Of a DNA stretch of 64,000 nucleotides, positions 62,337 to 64,000 are shown piece by piece (the stretch's first letter is position 1; each line of letters starts with the position of its first letter). The DNA lies in the NCBI GenBank assembly GCA_977030845.1, contig OZ365118.1, forward strand, positions 1,550,001 through 1,614,000, in the 5' to 3' direction. A model generated the notes under the pieces. That model was not told the origin of the DNA, made no database searches, and saw nothing but the letters and a program-made list of their open reading frames with translations. The translations under genes and the position numbers were made by a program. Source of the stretch: Fimbriosthenelais zetlandica (lineage: Eukaryota).

Positions 62337-63587
62337 GTAAGTCCAGGCTCCTCTTCTATCACTCATTCATTTCATTTTTATGACTTCTACTTTTTGTTAA
62401 TTCCAGACCTGAAAACTTAAACAATGAAGTAGATTTTTTCTATGACAAACTTTCTCAATTAAGTTTTTCTTGGTTATCTTTTTAAATATTGAATTAATTA
62501 TTAAGCTTAAAGACGGTGAGCAGGAGTCGTATGTTATCTGTGGATTGATTTGTTAATGTTGCTTCCATGTCCTCCTCCGTCTCTCAGTCCGTTCATAATG
62601 CCAACTCATCACTAACTTAATCACATTCATATCTTCCTATCATCGCATCACGAACTTTTCAAAGATATTCCAAGATAATCTGAGGTTAATTTTAATATTT
62701 GCAATGGACAAGCATAGCAAATTTTAGCATCTTAGTTTCTCCTATATAAGCTCTTATATTTAACTCTAGCCCCATCAGGGAACTGTTTCAGAATAAATGT
62801 ACCCTAGCCTTGACACTGACCAAAGTAGCCCATCTTTATAGAACGCGTCCTTTGAGCTATATCTGAGCCATTCTCTCAATGACTCCATACCTGAGCCATT
62901 CTAATGTAGTGAGATATTGTGTGTGACGGGAGGAGCAGATGAGGCGGGGTTAAAATGGAGTATAGGAAGCATGAGGTGCAGGTGGATGACGATTGGAATG
63001 GAGCAGCAAACAATGCCTTCACCAGGCTGCGGGCTATTCTATTGAAGGGCAATGGGCCCCCGAGGAAAGGCAGATGGTTGGCCTTCCTCCTATAGAGGTA
63101 GACTATAGACTGTAGACACTAGATTAATGGACATTCCATGCAGGATGGACATTCCCCCTGCTGGCTCCTTGTTTTTATACAATAGTAAAATGTGGAGTTT
63201 TTTGTTATATGAGAACTGCGTCCTTGGTGTCCTGGTGGATGTATATGTAGTAGAAGGAGCAGGGTTCTGGTGGAGTTTGATCTAAGCCGTGTCTGCCCCG
63301 ACAGTTTGTTGTTGGGTGAGCTATCAATCTGACATACATGAGGTTAGGGTTTGTAAGTGTTATATGATATATTAGTGTGTGTATAGAGCTGTACTGTGAA
63401 GGCTACAGTGAGATGCTTCACCAGTACATCCAGCCTTTATCAGTGGAGACACAGCTGGCTCCCCCATCACTCATCCCTGTATATAAGGCACCGGGTCACA
63501 ACCCTGCCTTTTTTGCATTCAGGCCTGAGAATACACTGATCTCCAGCTCCCAATGTGCTGAGAGCAGCTCACAAAGATGGCCTGTAC

Positions 63588-63693
63588 TTCATGGCCAATA
63601 CTATATGTATATATATGGCCTGTAATTCATGGCCAATACTATATGTATATATATATACGACCAGTCATTCATGGCCAATACTATATGTATATA
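63588..63693. repeat. ~40-bp tandem repeat TTCATGGCCAATACTATATGT(AT)n..., ~2.7 copies
   Basis: Visible copies at 63588, 63626 and 63668. Confidence 0.85.
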
Positions 63694-64000
63694 CATAGAT
63701 CTACCTACTGAGAGTGTCATGCCTCGTCAGTATGGAACTTCACTAGGGAATGGGGTGGGGGCTGGAAGTTGGGTGGGGGCCGGGCTGGGTAGCAGGGATG
63801 GGGTTCAGTAGGGGTGATCTATAGTGGGCTGGGGGCTGGGGGCCGGGGGTAGGATGGGTAGCAGGGATGGGGTTCAGTAGGGGTGATCTAGTAGGGAAGC
63901 TCCACCAGCCTATAAAACAACACACCGTCGCATCTCAGGCCTGTCTTCGTAAATCGGGGGAGCGCCTATTGTAATGGGGGTGAGCGCCTCGTAAACACAG

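Noticed and set aside
62407-62460. NEVDFFYDKLSQL resembling the LINE APE-endonuclease 'FYxxL' helix
   Set aside because: Too short, and no other endonuclease motifs lie up- or downstream in any frame.

Overview
This 64 kb window is eukaryotic, most likely metazoan, non-coding DNA (intergenic or a very large intron). The taxon cannot be determined from the sequence. I found no recognisable protein-coding gene, rRNA, intact tRNA, CRISPR array or autonomous mobile element. Every long ORF in the track (218-317 aa) is a by-product of stop-free tandem repeats. The window is dominated by about 30 unrelated micro/minisatellite arrays (units 6-63 bp), more than 20 G/C homopolymer runs and one 156-nt assembly gap (35965-36120). 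The best non-repeat signals are a housekeeping-type promoter signature at about 59.15-59.27 kb (3 ETS, 2 NRF1-like, 1 CCAAT) with possible small spliced exons downstream, a decayed tRNA-like/SINE-head relic at 19.56-19.64 kb, and several palindrome/motif clusters. Within the repeats, there are hairpin-unit arrays and higher-order structure. I see no convincing evidence for a new multi-gene system; the findings are leads, not discoveries.
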